Source: Anthoceros angustus
Lineage: Eukaryota; Plantae; Anthocerotophyta
Length of the DNA stretch: 64,000 bases
Direction: 5' to 3'
Assembly: GCA_010909165.1 (NCBI GenBank)
Contig: VJWM01000019.1
Location: forward strand, 682,001-746,000
Shown: one piece after another, positions 39,748-52,425 of the stretch
Position numbering within the stretch: position 1 is the first letter of the stretch
How the letters are laid out: each line of letters opens with the position of its first letter
Made by a program: the position numbers and the translations under genes
Notes under the pieces: generated by a model
The model's input: only the letters and a program-made list of their open reading frames with translations
Told to the model about the DNA's origin: nothing
The model's database searches: none

Positions 39748-40824
39748 CTACGTCAAGCGACGTCGTCGTGTTGCAAACCTACTTGCGGCTGCTTCGTCTA
39801 ATATATATTGACGATATTTTTGAATATCAGTTATTTCATGGGCCTCCGGGTTGCACATGTCAAGCAAATATTCTTCTACTGGGAAATTTAAAATGATCTT
39901 ATATGGCTCACTGTTGGCAGATGATCTTGCTCGACTAACTTGTAATCCACATAGATACATCTTAATTTTCATCTTATCTGAAGCACGGCCAGCAGCTTCC
40001 GCAGTATTCCAACTCCCACAATAGCATTGTTTCCCTGATATTTTTGTTTTTTGATAAGGTTCTACTGATGGCTTGCGACATGCTCTTGTTGGACGACTTG
40101 AGGAAGATGATTGAGCATTGTCAAGAGATGAATGCTTCTCATCATTGGTACCAAGGACCCAAATATAACAATCAAATAGTTTAGTAGTTTGATTGAATTG
40201 GACTCCTTCGTATTGTGGCTCATCTTTATTGATGCATTTTATCATTGCATATTGTGTATCAACCATATCCAATAAGCGTCTCAATATGGATTCCCTGAGT
40301 TCCGCAGTGGTTATAGGTCGTTTAATGGGCTTCAACTTTTGTGCACGTTGTCGGATGACTGGGGAGCTATTTTCCTCTTCTAATCGAATTGCAGGCTGAT
40401 TGGTTGAAGATGATGCCTTTTGTGCTCGATTTTGCTCTTCCCACTCAGAAAACGGAATATGAAGTGTTGGAGGCTCATTATTGGGCACATCGTACTGATA
40501 TGCAGGATTTGGAATCACCATAAACGTACGACTTCCTGCTACATAGGGCCAAGGCCTAGGTTCCAAATGTAGAGGTCGCAAACGTTCTAAAGGATAATTC
40601 CCTCCAGTGTCTTCAACATAGCGGATAGGTGATGGGTTTAAGTTTTCTTCTGCATCTTGGAAATTTGCATCATCAGATGTATACTCACATATTGACATGC
40701 ACCCTTCTTCGTCTGATTGTTCACCACCTGACATATGCCCATCTTTCTCATATTTATCCCTGCTTGACATGTTTTCTTTTTCCTCTAATTCCTCTCTGTT
40801 GACTGAGTTTCGTATAGAAGACAT
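39748..40824 (-). CDS. Intronless divergent AP2-domain protein (AP2/ANT-like first repeat plus linker)
   Basis: YEGVQFNQTTKLFDCYIW...GKQCYCGSWNTAEAAGRASD...LNFPVEEY matches the AP2 pattern YRGV..GRYEAHLW..GRQVYLG..AARAYD..NFP..Y. The ORF is open for more than 350 codons. Confidence 0.7.
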   Translation of the reverse strand: MSSIRNSVNREELEEKENMSSRDKYEKDGHMSGGEQSDEEGCMSICEYTSDDANFQDAEENLNPSPIRYVEDTGGNYPLERLRPLHLEPRPWPYVAGSRTFMVIPNPAYQYDVPNNEPPTLHIPFSEWEEQNRAQKASSSTNQPAIRLEEENSSPVIRQRAQKLKPIKRPITTAELRESILRRLLDMVDTQYAMIKCINKDEPQYEGVQFNQTTKLFDCYIWVLGTNDEKHSSLDNAQSSSSSRPTRACRKPSVEPYQKTKISGKQCYCGSWNTAEAAGRASDKMKIKMYLCGLQVSRARSSANSEPYKIILNFPVEEYLLDMCNPEAHEITDIQKYRQYILDEAAASRFATRRRRLT

Positions 40825-41012
40825 TGAATTCTTTGACCAAATAATGAAAAGATAATAATATGGTAGAAATTCACACGCTGAAAATAGAGTGAGGAGCTGG
40901 ATAGCCAAGGCCAACTCAATGAGCAAAGTCACTTGTGCCTTGAATAAATGTAATGCTTATGGACACAAACATATATAGACATTTATATTAGATTCATGTG
41001 CATATCGAGAAA

Positions 41013-41215
41013 CCTTTGTGTAAAATACAAAGATGGAAGGAGAATACCTTTGTGTAAGATACAAAGATGGAAGGAATATACATTTGTGTAAGATACAAAG
41101 ACGGAATGATAATACCTTTTTGTAAGATACAAAGATGGAAGGATAACACCCTTTTGTAAGATACAAAGATGGAAGGATAATATTAACCTTCGTATAAGAT
41201 ACAAAGATGGAAGGG
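41013..41215. repeat. ~30-33-bp tandem repeat (gtaagatacaaagatggaagg core, 6 copies) upstream of the AP2-like ORF
   Basis: Directly visible. Confidence 0.9.
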
Positions 41216-42161
41216 TAATTTCTATTTTAATTAAAATATATTTATGTAGTATATAGATGATGCAATATTCTATTACATGGTACTCGCGTAAAACGTAAAT
41301 GCCTCAGCCTCCAAAAGGAGAAATAAGAATTAGAAAAACATTTTTTCTTTAACAAAATACTACACTCAATTGCGGCAGCAGTAAACTACTCAGACTATGC
41401 TTATTCCGGTAGTACCGTCTCTAACCATCAGCAATCACTTCATCGGTTGTTGGCTTGCCTTTCCCCTCTCACCTGCATTGAAGAATGCAAGAAGGAAAAG
41501 GACCGCGGAGGTCCTAGAAAGTTTATAATATGGGGAACGATTGCCGAGAAACTGTAGTCTATTGAATTTAAGGATCTATGTGGTATTATGATAGATAATC
41601 ATATCTAAAAGTTAAGAAATTTTTATCAATGTCTTGTGATAAGCTTACAAAGACTCATTAATTAATCTTCCTCGATGTCATTGGCTTTAACATTCTTCAA
41701 ATTATCCTTCTGTTATAGATGCTAACCGTATTGTAAGCTTCAATCTAGTTTTGTTTACCTGCACACTAATATATATATTGTAATTGTTTTCACACCATAT
41801 GTTAAATGTTTCAATTAGTCTCATGCCGGTCCTCCATCCCTAGTGAGTGCAATCCATTTGAATTTAAAATATATTCTGAAAAAAAATAGTTACTCCTTTA
41901 TAATTACAAGGTACCTCGTTATGTGATTTCTCACATGGTTTCATGCTATTATTTGCGCACGCATATAATTAACATATCCTATATATGTACATTGAATCGA
42001 GTGATTTTTTCCTCTTTTTATTGGAATCTTTCAAGAGCAGGCAACAAGACCAGAAAGATATAGCTCAATAGCTATCCGCCGACTAAATAGAGAACTCAAA
42101 GTTGTTGAAAAAACACACCCAACAAAAACAAGCTAGGATTTGACTAGCTTAATAGGAAACC

Positions 42162-42467
42162 TGTTGGTATTTCAGAGAATCATGCTCTCGATGACATTCA
42201 CGCACAAGCTCACATGACCGTAAGTGTATTGACAAAAGAACAACAACATGAAAATAGTCTTAAGCAATTGTAACCGTCAAGCAACCTAATACTACCATAA
42301 ATTCTAAGATATTAAGCTAATGTATATAAGTATATGACCTATACTTTTCAGCACTCCCACTCATTACGTATATCTTAGTTGGATAATCACACTAGACCCT
42401 GAACAATCTGAATCATTGTTGTTGTGCAATACGGGTTACGCCTCAGTGCAATACGGGTTACGCCTCA
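42162..42467 (+). mobile_element. Probable LTR fragment interrupting the second direct repeat
   Basis: Begins TGTTGG where homology to 39371 stops. Contains a TATATAAG motif and a 22-bp tandem duplication at the right end. Confidence 0.4.
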
Positions 42468-42509
42468 ATCGCTTGAATTGTGCTCACACGCTGTGGACAA
42501 GCGAAGAAC

Positions 42510-43490
42510 GGTAGACTCCCCATTAAGAAGGTATTAGGAGTTTTTTTTTTGTTTTTTGTGGGTTTGGTGTGAGAAATAAGGTGGTAGATGAGGAAAATAA
42601 GGCTAAACGGACCTAACTGTGGTGGACGGGGAAGACGTGGGAAAAGGGCCTCGCTGAACAATGTCGGGGACTCCAGAGCAACTCCGAAGGAACTCCGACG
42701 CAGACCAGGGTGAAGTCCGATGGAAGGAGTGACATGGGGAACGAGTGTGAAGCGTAATTTGGTAAGCATGACACGTGGACAGTGCCGAGTGGATGACTGA
42801 CATGCAGCAGACCAGGACTGTAGAGTTGTCAGCAGCCATTATAGGCAGGTAGCCACGACACCAAGGACATGCACCAAGAAGGCGACGGGCGTGAAGTTAC
42901 AGTACAGGATGCAGGACTCTGGCAGTTACTAGCAACGAAGGGACACATTCCCTTGCATCGATTACGCCCGACGTCCCGCTGTTGAGAGAAGGTCATCTTC
43001 CCGGGCGACCTCTCGGCACTTCTCTTAGTCGCTCACGCTTAGGCACCCAGCTCTTTGGCGCTTTCTCTTCCGAGGCTCGGGCGCAATGCCCTATAGCCTT
43101 CGACACTTTCCGGCGCGCCAATTTCTTTCAAGCTTAGGAGCGTTGCAAAGAGCATCACCGCCCGCCCTACCTCAGCAGCAGAATAAGCGGCGAGCGCACA
43201 TGGGGCCCAAGAAGACAACCGAGGTCTTGGAGCCCTGGCACCTGGTGGAGAAGAACATAGTGATCAAGCGCTACCCCGACTTTGGTCCCTAGCTTGAGGA
43301 AGCGGATGAGCTTGTGTAGGAGTGGCACCTGGACATCTTCCAGGCGGTATGGACCTACGACAGTGTGGCGTTGGTCCGAGAGTATGCCCGAAAGATGCTG
43401 GCGGCGGCGAGCAAGGCCGTCCGTTTGAAGAGTTTGAGGGAGGACGCGAGGCGATGGACGGTGGAGGTCCTTCGCGCGGTATACAACTGA
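42510..43490 (+). mobile_element. Second, degenerate copy of the extra-ORF element (5' part)
   Basis: MGPKKTTEVLEPWHLVEKNIVIKRYPDFGP*...LVREYARKML...WTVEVLRAVYN from 43200 is homologous to the ORF at 20860. Confidence 0.8.
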
Positions 43491-43619
43491 CCACAATGGT
43501 GCAATAATGCGTCTCTCTTTTTTGTTTGGTTCTTCTTGAAGTGTTAGGTCACTTTCGTTTTGTACCTGAAGGCTCAATGGCGGTAAGACTATGAGTCATA
43601 GCCGGGGTTAATCGAAATG

Positions 43620-44940
43620 CTAACTATATCATAAGAATCATCAAAGACATCAACCACAATCTGTCCAGCACGCGAGCCAACAAGACGAGGTACCTTTTAG
43701 AGATCCTCGCTGCGGTAAGGGGGCTCATGCCACTAGGTTGGAGGTTAGTAAGGTCTAGTCGAGCGACGAGGTTGAATAGGCTGAGGAACAGGCATCACAT
43801 ACTCTAGATGGTCATCAGAGTCATGAGGGTCAAGGACAGGAGGAACTAGGGCAACTGGTTCGAGTAGACCTAAATCAGGTGGTGTAGGATCTACATCAGA
43901 AGCTAACCCATCAGGCAAACCAGCAATATCGGGCATATCTTCAACCCCAAGTGTGGGGTCAGGACCACTAACGGGGGCAAGACCAGGAGCTGAAGGGACT
44001 AGAACAACAAGATCAGGGAAGGATGAGTCAAAGCTGGGAAAATCAACAACATCGGTGACATCATCTTCATTAGCTGTAGGATCCAATTTAACAAATTCAG
44101 ACTCAAGAACATGGTTTGTACGAGCTGGATCTGGAGGATTCAAAACAAACTCATCATCAAAGGAAACTGTCACGGCATGCACAACTCTGCAAGAGGTATA
44201 TTCGAAGACCTTGTACCCATATATACCTGCTGTGTAGCTAATAAAGATGTGTCTTTTAGATCTATATGCGAACTTCTCACGAAGCTTGTCCGGTATATGC
44301 ACATGTGCAAGACTGCCATTTACTCGAAGATGAGACAAATCGGGCTTCAAACCTGTCCACGCTTCAAAGGGGGTTACCCTTGCAGAGAAGAAACGACAAT
44401 CCTGTTTTGAAGGTATGTTGCAACTTGAACAGCTTCAGCCCAAAATCGTTGGGGCAGCCTTCCCTGAAACAGGGGTGACCTAACAGCATCCTGTATTGTC
44501 TTGTACTTCTCTAAGCCCTCCCATTCATACCAGAATGGCAGGGAATAGTGAGCTACCTGGTAATGCCTCTTTCCTCAAAGTACTCATGGATTGTTGTTGA
44601 AAGATACTCTTTGTCATTATCTAATCTTATGCACTTAAGTTTGAGACCAGTTTGTCTTTCAACATACTCCAAGTAATGCTTAAAATTGTCAAAGACTTGG
44701 CTTTTTGCAGGAGCTCAGTGACTGTAAAATGTGTATTGTCATCTTCAAAGATCACGAAGTACCGAGCTCCTCCTCATGACGGAGTAGACATCAGTCCATA
44801 AATATCAGCATGCACCAAGTCCAATACTTTAAAGACTTTGTAAGGTGGGATTTATATTTTTTGCCATGTACACATACAACACATACAATTTGATTCTTAG
44901 AATCCAGTTAGCATCTTTTCCTTCAGCAAACATCAGTTGC
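43620..44940 (-). mobile_element. Degenerate Ty1/copia integrase region
   Basis: LVHADIYG..TPS*GGARYFVIFEDD, VERQTGLKLKCIRLDN.KEY and KPDLSHLRV.G..AHVHIP...GYKVF. Confidence 0.88.
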
Positions 44941-44949
44941 TGTTAGCGG

Positions 44950-47350
44950 AACCAGAAAAAGACGACAGGCCTCACTCCCGGAGGGGCGCTGACAACTGCT
45001 GTCACCACAAGGTCTTCCTCTGGTTCCGCTGACAGTAGCACCAGAGGTTGGGCATTGCTCCCCCTGGTGGTCCCCTCATCCACTAGTCCAGTTGAAGGAG
45101 AGACCGGAGTCCGTGCGCTCTAAGTCTGCTAGGGCGGTTTGCCATATGCCAATGGGTCTGTCCCTAACTCCGGAGGCCGGACCCCTGGGTCCGTCCCTAA
45201 CTCCGAAGGCAGAACCCCTAGGTCCGTCCCTAACTCCGGAGGCCGGACTCCTCGGTCTGTCCTTTCCCCCGGGAACGGACCTCACTGCCCCCTACCATGG
45301 GTCCTTCCCTTAGCTCCGACTCCTCCCTCCTCGTCGGACCACTCTCTTCTGGGCCCTTTATCCTGAGTGCAGGGTCCGGAGAGCATACCTCGTGGTCAGT
45401 TGGAGCTGCCGTTCTTGGTCCGGCTTGGTGCTCCGATGGCTCAGCCTCGCCACTGCTCTCGTCCCCAAACAGGGCACCTAGGGTCCCCGTTACTGCATTC
45501 TCCCCTAGCCCTTCTTCTCCCGCGACATCCTCCGACTTCTCGGGGGGCACTACCGCCTCAGCAGGTTGATGCACCATGCTTACGGCCTTCAGGAGCTCCG
45601 AGTGGTAGTCGGCAAAGCTCGAATCGGACGGCTTCTTCCACATGGGCCTGCAAGACCCGGTACTCCCTGCAAGACTCGGTAGTCCCGCCTCCATTGGTGG
45701 TCAGGTAGTCGGGCGTACTCTCCTACTCGCTAGGCCGTCTCGTCTCCCAGTCCTTCCAGCCGAGCCTTTGCGGCATCTCGGGAGGCCGTAAGGGAAGCCT
45801 TCGTGAGCTCTCGAAGCCGCAGCTTCTCACTGGTGCGCTCCCTCTCCCGTTCCGCCTTGAGGACCTCTAGTTGGGCCGTCAGGGCCCAAATTTCCCCTCC
45901 TGCGCGACGTAGTCGGACCAGCAGCTTCTGCTCCTCCACCTTCCACTAATGCTGGTCCGTCACCTGTTGCCTCAATCGCTCCATCTCCCTCTCAAGTCGC
46001 TCCGGGACTTGAACCAGACGAGTGGTCTCTGCGCGTTCCTTCTTGAGCTCGTCGACATCCAGCTGTTTGCTTTTACAGTGGGTTTCCTCGCCAAAAACAT
46101 GTCGGAAACTAGAAACCCCTCACCGGCAAAAATCTAAACCCCTTGCCAAAAACCAGAACACCTTGCCGGAGCCCTTGGACACGGATCTGGGCCACGCTGA
46201 TAGACATAGGCCGGAGTCAGCAAGTGCATGAGCCTGGGCCTGCAAGACCCGACTCCGCAAGACTCGGTAGTCCCGCCTCCATTGGTGGTCGTAGCTGCAT
46301 CTCCTACTCGCTAGGCCGTCTGCCTCCCAGTCCTTCCAGCCGAGCCTTGCGGCATCTCGGGAGGCCGTAAGGAAGCCTCGTGAGCTCGGCCGCAGCTTCT
46401 CACCGTGCGCCCTCTCCTGCTCCGCCTTGAGGACCTCTAGTTGGGCCGTGGCCCAAATTTCCCCTCCGCGACGTAGTCGACCAGCTCCTCCACCTTCCAC
46501 TAATGCCGGTCCGTCACCTGCCTCAATCGCTCCATCTCCCTCTCAAGTCGCCCGGGACTTGAACCAGACAGTGGTCTCGCGTTCCTTCTTGAGCTCACGA
46601 CATCCAGCTGTTTGCTTTTACAAAGGGGTTTCGCCAAAAACATGTCGGAAACTAGAAACCCCTCACCCAAAAATCTAAACCCCTTGCCAAAACCGTAACA
46701 CCTTGCCGGAGCCCTTGGACACGGATCCAGGCCACGCTGATAGACATAGGCCGGAGTCAGCAAGTGCATGAGCCCGGGCCTGCAAGACCCGACTCCGCAA
46801 GACTCGGTAGTCCCGCCTCCATTGGTGGTCGTAGCTGCATCTCCTACTCGCTAGGCCGTCTGCCTCCCAGTCCTTCCAGCCGAGCCTTGCGGCATCTCGG
46901 GAGGCCGTAAGGAAGCCTCGTGAGCTCGGCCGCAGCTTCTCACCGTGCGCCCTCTCCTGCTCCGCCTTGAGGACCTCTAGTTGGGCCGTGGCCCAAATTT
47001 CCCCTCCTGCGCGACGTAGTCGACCAGCAGCTTCTGCTCCTCCACCTTCCACTAATGCTGGTCCGTCACCTGTTGCCTCAATCGCTCCATCTCCCTCTCA
47101 AGTCGCTCCGGGACTTGAACCAGACGAGTGGTCTCTGCGCGTTCCTTCTTGAGCTCGTCGACATCCAGCTGTTTGCTTTTACAGTGGGTTTCCTCGCCAA
47201 AAACATGTCGGAAACTAGAAACCCCTCACCGGCAAAAATCTAAACCCCTTGCCAAAAACCAGAACACCTTGCCGGAGCCCTTGGACACGGATCTGGGCCA
47301 CGCTGATAGACATAGGCCGGAGTCAGCAAGTGCATGAGCCCGGGCCTGCA
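44950..47350 (-). mobile_element. Extra-ORF element 3' part in reverse orientation, with an ~550-bp segment triplicated
   Basis: MWKKPSDSSFADYHSELLKAV resembles MWRRRFNKSIPTAYYHAELLKAL (23.4 kb). The coiled-coil PERLEREMERLRQQ resembles PARLEKEVADLRER. 33-bp ggtccgtccctaactccg subrepeats. Confidence 0.75.
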
Positions 47351-47912
47351 TGGACACAACGTAAAAATGCATGGAAAAATTGTACACAATGTTGAAGAAC
47401 ATGGGTGGAAAGGCTTAAGTGGGTTGGGCATTATGGGGTTAAATGTACTGCATAAATGGGTTTGTCCTCGGTTATGATAGAAAAGGGCAACTTTCGAATG
47501 ATTCTTGAACTCCTCAAATACGTTTGCCTCGATTCTACCTATTGCTCTACCGTAGGCTACCGTCAGAAGCCTCCGTTGCGATTCGTGTAGGGTTTTATTC
47601 GGCACCGACTTGTGAGGAGAACCCCAAAAAGCTGCAATTGCCTCTGTGGCGATGGTTCCACGAGATGATGGTACCAACTTTGCATTGTAGACCGAAGCGG
47701 CTGCTTGTATGTATATGGCTAGGATGTAGCTGAGGGTCACTGGTTGTTTGCATAGCTCGATTCTAGCTGGCAATGAGCTTCTGACAAACTGGTGACATCA
47801 GCTCACGGGGGAACCTCGGTATGGTATGGCGGGTATGCGGATGCGTTAGCTGGGCAGGAGCAGCAAGTTTTCATGCGTGACCGTTGAAGTTCTTGCGTCT
47901 TCAGGGGGGGAC

Positions 47913-50073
47913 ATGGCAGGGGGTGCGATCTCAGCGTATGTAGTGCTTTTCCTTGTGCTGGCAGTGAAATGGTTTGAAGGGGGGAAATGTGCGCCCGATT
48001 ATGGACTTGATGCTGCAATCTCCCAGGCGAAGACGGATCCTCTTGGTTCAACGGACAGCTTTACCAGCCTGTCCCCCCGTCTGAAGTCGCGTCTGTCTCA
48101 GCTGTCGAACCATGACCTTTCGGAGAAGCGAGAGAGTCTGCTGTCTCTCCGGACAACACATCGGGTGGCGGTTTACCTTGTGGGGTTCTCGCCAAATCAG
48201 CGTGCTCAACTGCGCCGATATCTGGACGTTCTGAATCAGGACACACATGTGAAGGTGATAGGACAGGAACCCCATCAGCTTTTGGTCAGAACGGGAATTG
48301 CTTTTGACCTGGAGTTGAGGAACGATCTTGAGAACCAGATAACCTCTGCCATATCTACTTACGTGGAACGGATGTCTTACACCACTGCTGCGACCGCCCT
48401 GATGAGTGTTCCGCACAAGGAGGTTGACGATATTATTGCCGCCCATGAAGATCACGTAACGGATTCTTATGCTGTGTATCTTCTCAACTTGGGAGCTCAA
48501 AAGCGTCGCTATGCGTACTCCTATGCCGACAAGGTTTCTTATTTAAGGTGCTTAGGGACTCACTGGGCAGGTATCTGATGTGGCCACATTCTTACAGGTT
48601 GGATTTGTTTTGTCCTGAGATGTGAATGAATTGAGGGTTGTTCTAACGTACTGGTGGTTGTGGGTCGTAGGGGCACGACGGTACATGTGGATCGATTTAG
48701 CAGCTGGCCCAGTGGAATATGGTCCTAATATGGCAGGGGAAGGGTTCGTGAAAGGGGGAGTAATGCCTCATAAAGAGTCTTACACTCCAGCGCAGCAACA
48801 AACAGTTTATCTTTCAGACCTAGCTTCTTTATTATGGAGTGCTGCACGCATGCTTATCATCCCAGCTATTCGGACACCTGTACATTTCGAAGAACAAACG
48901 GAAGTTCACTTTTACCACATACAGGGATCAGATATGGAGCTCCTGAACTGGGTTGACTACGGAGATAATGCAACAGATTCAGAGCAAGTGAAAGGTGGAA
49001 AGGGTCTCAACTGGAAGAGGATTGAAGGAGCTTTCCGCACAGAAAGCAGGGATGTTGTAATGCTTGCGGGGCAGACACTGAAATTTACAACTTTCAGCTT
49101 ACAGTTTTCCTCCTGTCCCCTTTGTATTACGGCTTTCACGCGGTCTTTGAAGTCTTACACTTCTCGCATTCTGCTGGACAGGTTTAGTCTGTTTGTCCAT
49201 GAGTACCTGGACTCTAAGCAGCTTCACGTTCTGCTTTCTGAGTACTCTGAGGAAATATCTGAGCAGGCTGGGGTTCCAGAAGTGACAAGAGACCAACCGC
49301 CACGCATAATTCCTGTCTACATATTTGATATAGAGTCAGAGAAGCAGCTGGTTCTCGACCGTTTCCATCAGGTCATACCTTTCAGAGACATGGTCATTGC
49401 AGTTCGAAGTAAGACGGGTCAGATGGTTTCTGAGTACTCCTGCAACGGACGTCCTACAATCACACAGACACGGGAACTTGAGCGTCCGCTTGTGGGAGCT
49501 TTGCTGCAGACAGTATGGGGTGTGGCTCCCACACACGTGAGCTGGAGTGCGCAGCATAACAGTACATTCGTAGACTACCGGTGGAGTGTAGGGCAGACTC
49601 CATTTGGTCCCTTTTCAGAGCTTTTTTCTCTATCCTTTGGTCAATCTGACCCAGCACGACGGAATGTGTTGCTTACCATGCTGAACTCGACAGTGTCAGC
49701 AGCCCTGGATGTGTTGGATTCCGTTGACATGCAAGGTGGGGAGAAGAATTTATTTGGCACTCCCAAGAAGCTTGTGGAGTATAACCAGCGCTGGAACTTG
49801 TTTGTATACAAGCTCAACAAGGCAGTCTCAGCAATTTCTCATTTTGACTTCGACGCGGCATTGTTCTTTCTTAAGTCATCAGAACATGATCTATACGCAG
49901 TTCATTCTGCGGTCTACACCGCTTCCGGGCAGTTGGTGGCAACCATTGAGTGCTTTCAGGATCCTCCCTTCCCATGGGTGTGGATATTTGTATTGTCAGG
50001 GCTTTTCACTGTGGCGGTCTACCTGTGGATCAAACGGGACCAAATTTTTATCAATAAGAGGAAAATGTTTTAG
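47913..50073 (+). CDS. KNS3/SPOT1-homolog family type-I membrane protein (At3g28720-like). Exons 47913-48570, 48671-50073
   Basis: Signal peptide, CLGTHWAG-RRYMWIDLAAGPVEYGP, WGVAPTHVSWS..HN and a C-terminal TM followed by KRDQIFINKRKMF. Confidence 0.8.
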
Positions 50074-50384
50074 TGCGAGCTAATTAGGGAACCTTCAGGG
50101 CACCTGCTTGCTATGGCTCGTCTGAGCTGCCGAACTTCAGTTCTGAATACAGTGCGCAGTTGTCCTTCAATGGACAGTGGTGCCACTGAACACTGAACAT
50201 GCAGGTTCCGTGGGAGGATCCTGGTGGCTAGAAGAGCCGAAATGCTATCCCCCAGTGAATGCACCTGCTGGCAATATCAGATCTCTCACCTCTGCTATGG
50301 GGCTTGGATGATTCTGTTTAGAGCAGACAGATGGCAGTTAGCTCGAGCATCCAGGTGCAACTAGCTGGACCCTAAAACGCACGT

Positions 50385-51590
50385 CTAGAACCCAAGCGCT
50401 TGAGGTGCAAGCTTCTCCAGCACGTGTGCAGTCCCTGCAGCAAACTTGCGGGCGAACAGGAAACATGGTGCGTGTCTGATGGCCATATGCGAACATGGCA
50501 AGGACGCGTTGTCCGCTGCAGTATCATGCCGGGCTCCCACCATGTCGAACTGCAAGCCTCGAATCTCATTTAGAAACTCTAGAGAAATCGTGTCCACATC
50601 GTAGGTGAAGGGTGAACTCGTGTGAGGATGCTTCCAGTTCACGTACATGATGGTCCGGTTGGCAATGCCCCCTGCATCCTTGATATGCAGCAGAGTCTGG
50701 ATGTACTGCTCATCAGGAGCACACATCCAATTGCAGTCTCGAAGAAATTTGTAGTACAAGGACCATTCCCCCACAATCATCCTAGCGTGCCTGCGATGCA
50801 CTGCCATCCAAAGCTCACCCTTCCTAAGCCTGTCCATGGAAAAATCAGGACGACTGTCCCAGCTCAGATATCTCTCCACCGGCCGGAAGGACTCCACGAA
50901 GCTCACTTGCGAGCTCATCAAGTACTGGTAGACGAACGGAAGACTCCGTAGCGGGATGGTTGATTCGCACACGAAGGTGAACCATTCATTGGACCTCTCT
51001 TCATCCAAGAGTGCGTTGGCCAGGAGCCTTCTCATTGCATCCACCAGGCTCCCAGAGAGCCTTTCCACCGGTTTGCTGGCAATCTCTTTGCCCCAGAAGA
51101 TGGAACTCTTTGGATATCTGAAACCTGGAGATGCATGTATGTAGATGGCGTACTTGTCGTCATGGCCGTGGAAGAATTTCGCCCACAGTGCCTCGTGAGG
51201 CATCTGTCCCCGTACAATAAACAGAAATGCCACCCTCTGATGGGTTTCAGACTGAATCGGTCCAGCTGCAGAGCTTGCTTTCATGAGCAATTCCGCTTCT
51301 GTCAGATGCTTCCAGGTCTTGATGTAACGGACAATGGTCGGCACACGTAGAGCTGCCAATTCCTCGCTCCTATGTCCGTTATCATCTCCTACAGGAAGCA
51401 TGGTTGTAGACTTCCGTGTGCTGCCATCCTTCTCTCTGGAGAAAGCAACGTTGATCCCCAACCCCCTCGACCTGAATGTCGATGGTGACGACACCGACCA
51501 CAGTTGCAGGAACAAGAGAACAGCTGCAGCACACACCATCGCGGTGCACACCATCATCTGCATGCCCTGGCAACGGGACAAGGTGCCCAT
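50385..51590 (-). CDS. Core-2/I-branching GT14-like (DUF266/BC10-type) glycosyltransferase, intronless CDS
   Basis: Type-II TM, RVAFLFIVRG.MPHEALW.KFF.GH, DAMRRLLANALLD, ESTIPL, PDEQYIQTL and FLFARKF. Confidence 0.93.
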   Translation of the reverse strand: MGTLSRCQGMQMMVCTAMVCAAAVLLFLQLWSVSSPSTFRSRGLGINVAFSREKDGSTRKSTTMLPVGDDNGHRSEELAALRVPTIVRYIKTWKHLTEAELLMKASSAAGPIQSETHQRVAFLFIVRGQMPHEALWAKFFHGHDDKYAIYIHASPGFRYPKSSIFWGKEIASKPVERLSGSLVDAMRRLLANALLDEERSNEWFTFVCESTIPLRSLPFVYQYLMSSQVSFVESFRPVERYLSWDSRPDFSMDRLRKGELWMAVHRRHARMIVGEWSLYYKFLRDCNWMCAPDEQYIQTLLHIKDAGGIANRTIMYVNWKHPHTSSPFTYDVDTISLEFLNEIRGLQFDMVGARHDTAADNASLPCSHMAIRHAPCFLFARKFAAGTAHVLEKLAPQALGF

Positions 51591-52425
51591 GCCTTTTCCT
51601 CAAGATGCCAAATTGCCACATCGTATCCAAGAAAGGTCCCAAGCGCCTCAAGAAACCTTTCAGCTGAAAGCAGAGTTCACAGGCTCGGGATGTGGCAGGC
51701 GGGTGAGAAGCGGTTGTCATTAGGGTTATTGCCGGTCAGGTGGTATCAACACATGAGTGTTCAAATCGTGAACAGGTGTTCGAACTGTGAAAGTGCGGGG
51801 AGCCGTGAGCACCTGTGAGCTTCTCACTTTCTGGTTGTTGCAGGCAGGACTACAACAGGAGCGTGGGTGTGTCTACTTCTCACTTCGCAATCATGTAATG
51901 GGGTGTGGGCGGTACCAGCGGGGACGTTTCACAAACACGCAAAGCCGCCAGCCACCCCTGCGACTCCAGATTGTCCTGCTTCCACATGCCCCACGCGACT
52001 CACTTTCGTCGCAAAGCGTCTCGTGCAAGCAAGCGACACGTCCATACACTGGGGCCACATTAGCCTTACCTCAAGTAGGTGGCATCAACGATTTCGGAGC
52101 TGTGCATGGTAAGTGCAATCAGGTGTCCACAAAGGCCCCTCACTTTTTGTACATGGAGGTCTTTGGTCACAGCGGCAGGTAGGTCCTGCAGTAGGCAAAA
52201 AGTCCTTAGCGAGGTAGGACCTGAAATCGCTTGACCACCGCCACCTGCGACCCGCGGATGCTGTGAGAGTAAGTGAAGCTCGAGTTTCTCGAGAGAGATC
52301 CGCAGTCGTCCACCAGTCACCTCCCAGTTTCTCCAGCTGACTACCAGTCAACGTCCCTCGGCGACGCCGTGTTCTTGGAGTTCTACAACATAAAAAACGC
52401 TGCAACGACGCTCCACAGTCTTCCA

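Larger units (their letters stand above)
38395..42160. repeat. Diverged ~0.9-kb direct repeats (~38395-39371 and ~41243-42160) flanking the AP2-like ORF
   Basis: Colinear shared blocks: ggcagcagtaaactact, tagtctattgaatttaa, caatccatttgaatttaaaat and aaaaacaagctaggat. Confidence 0.85.
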
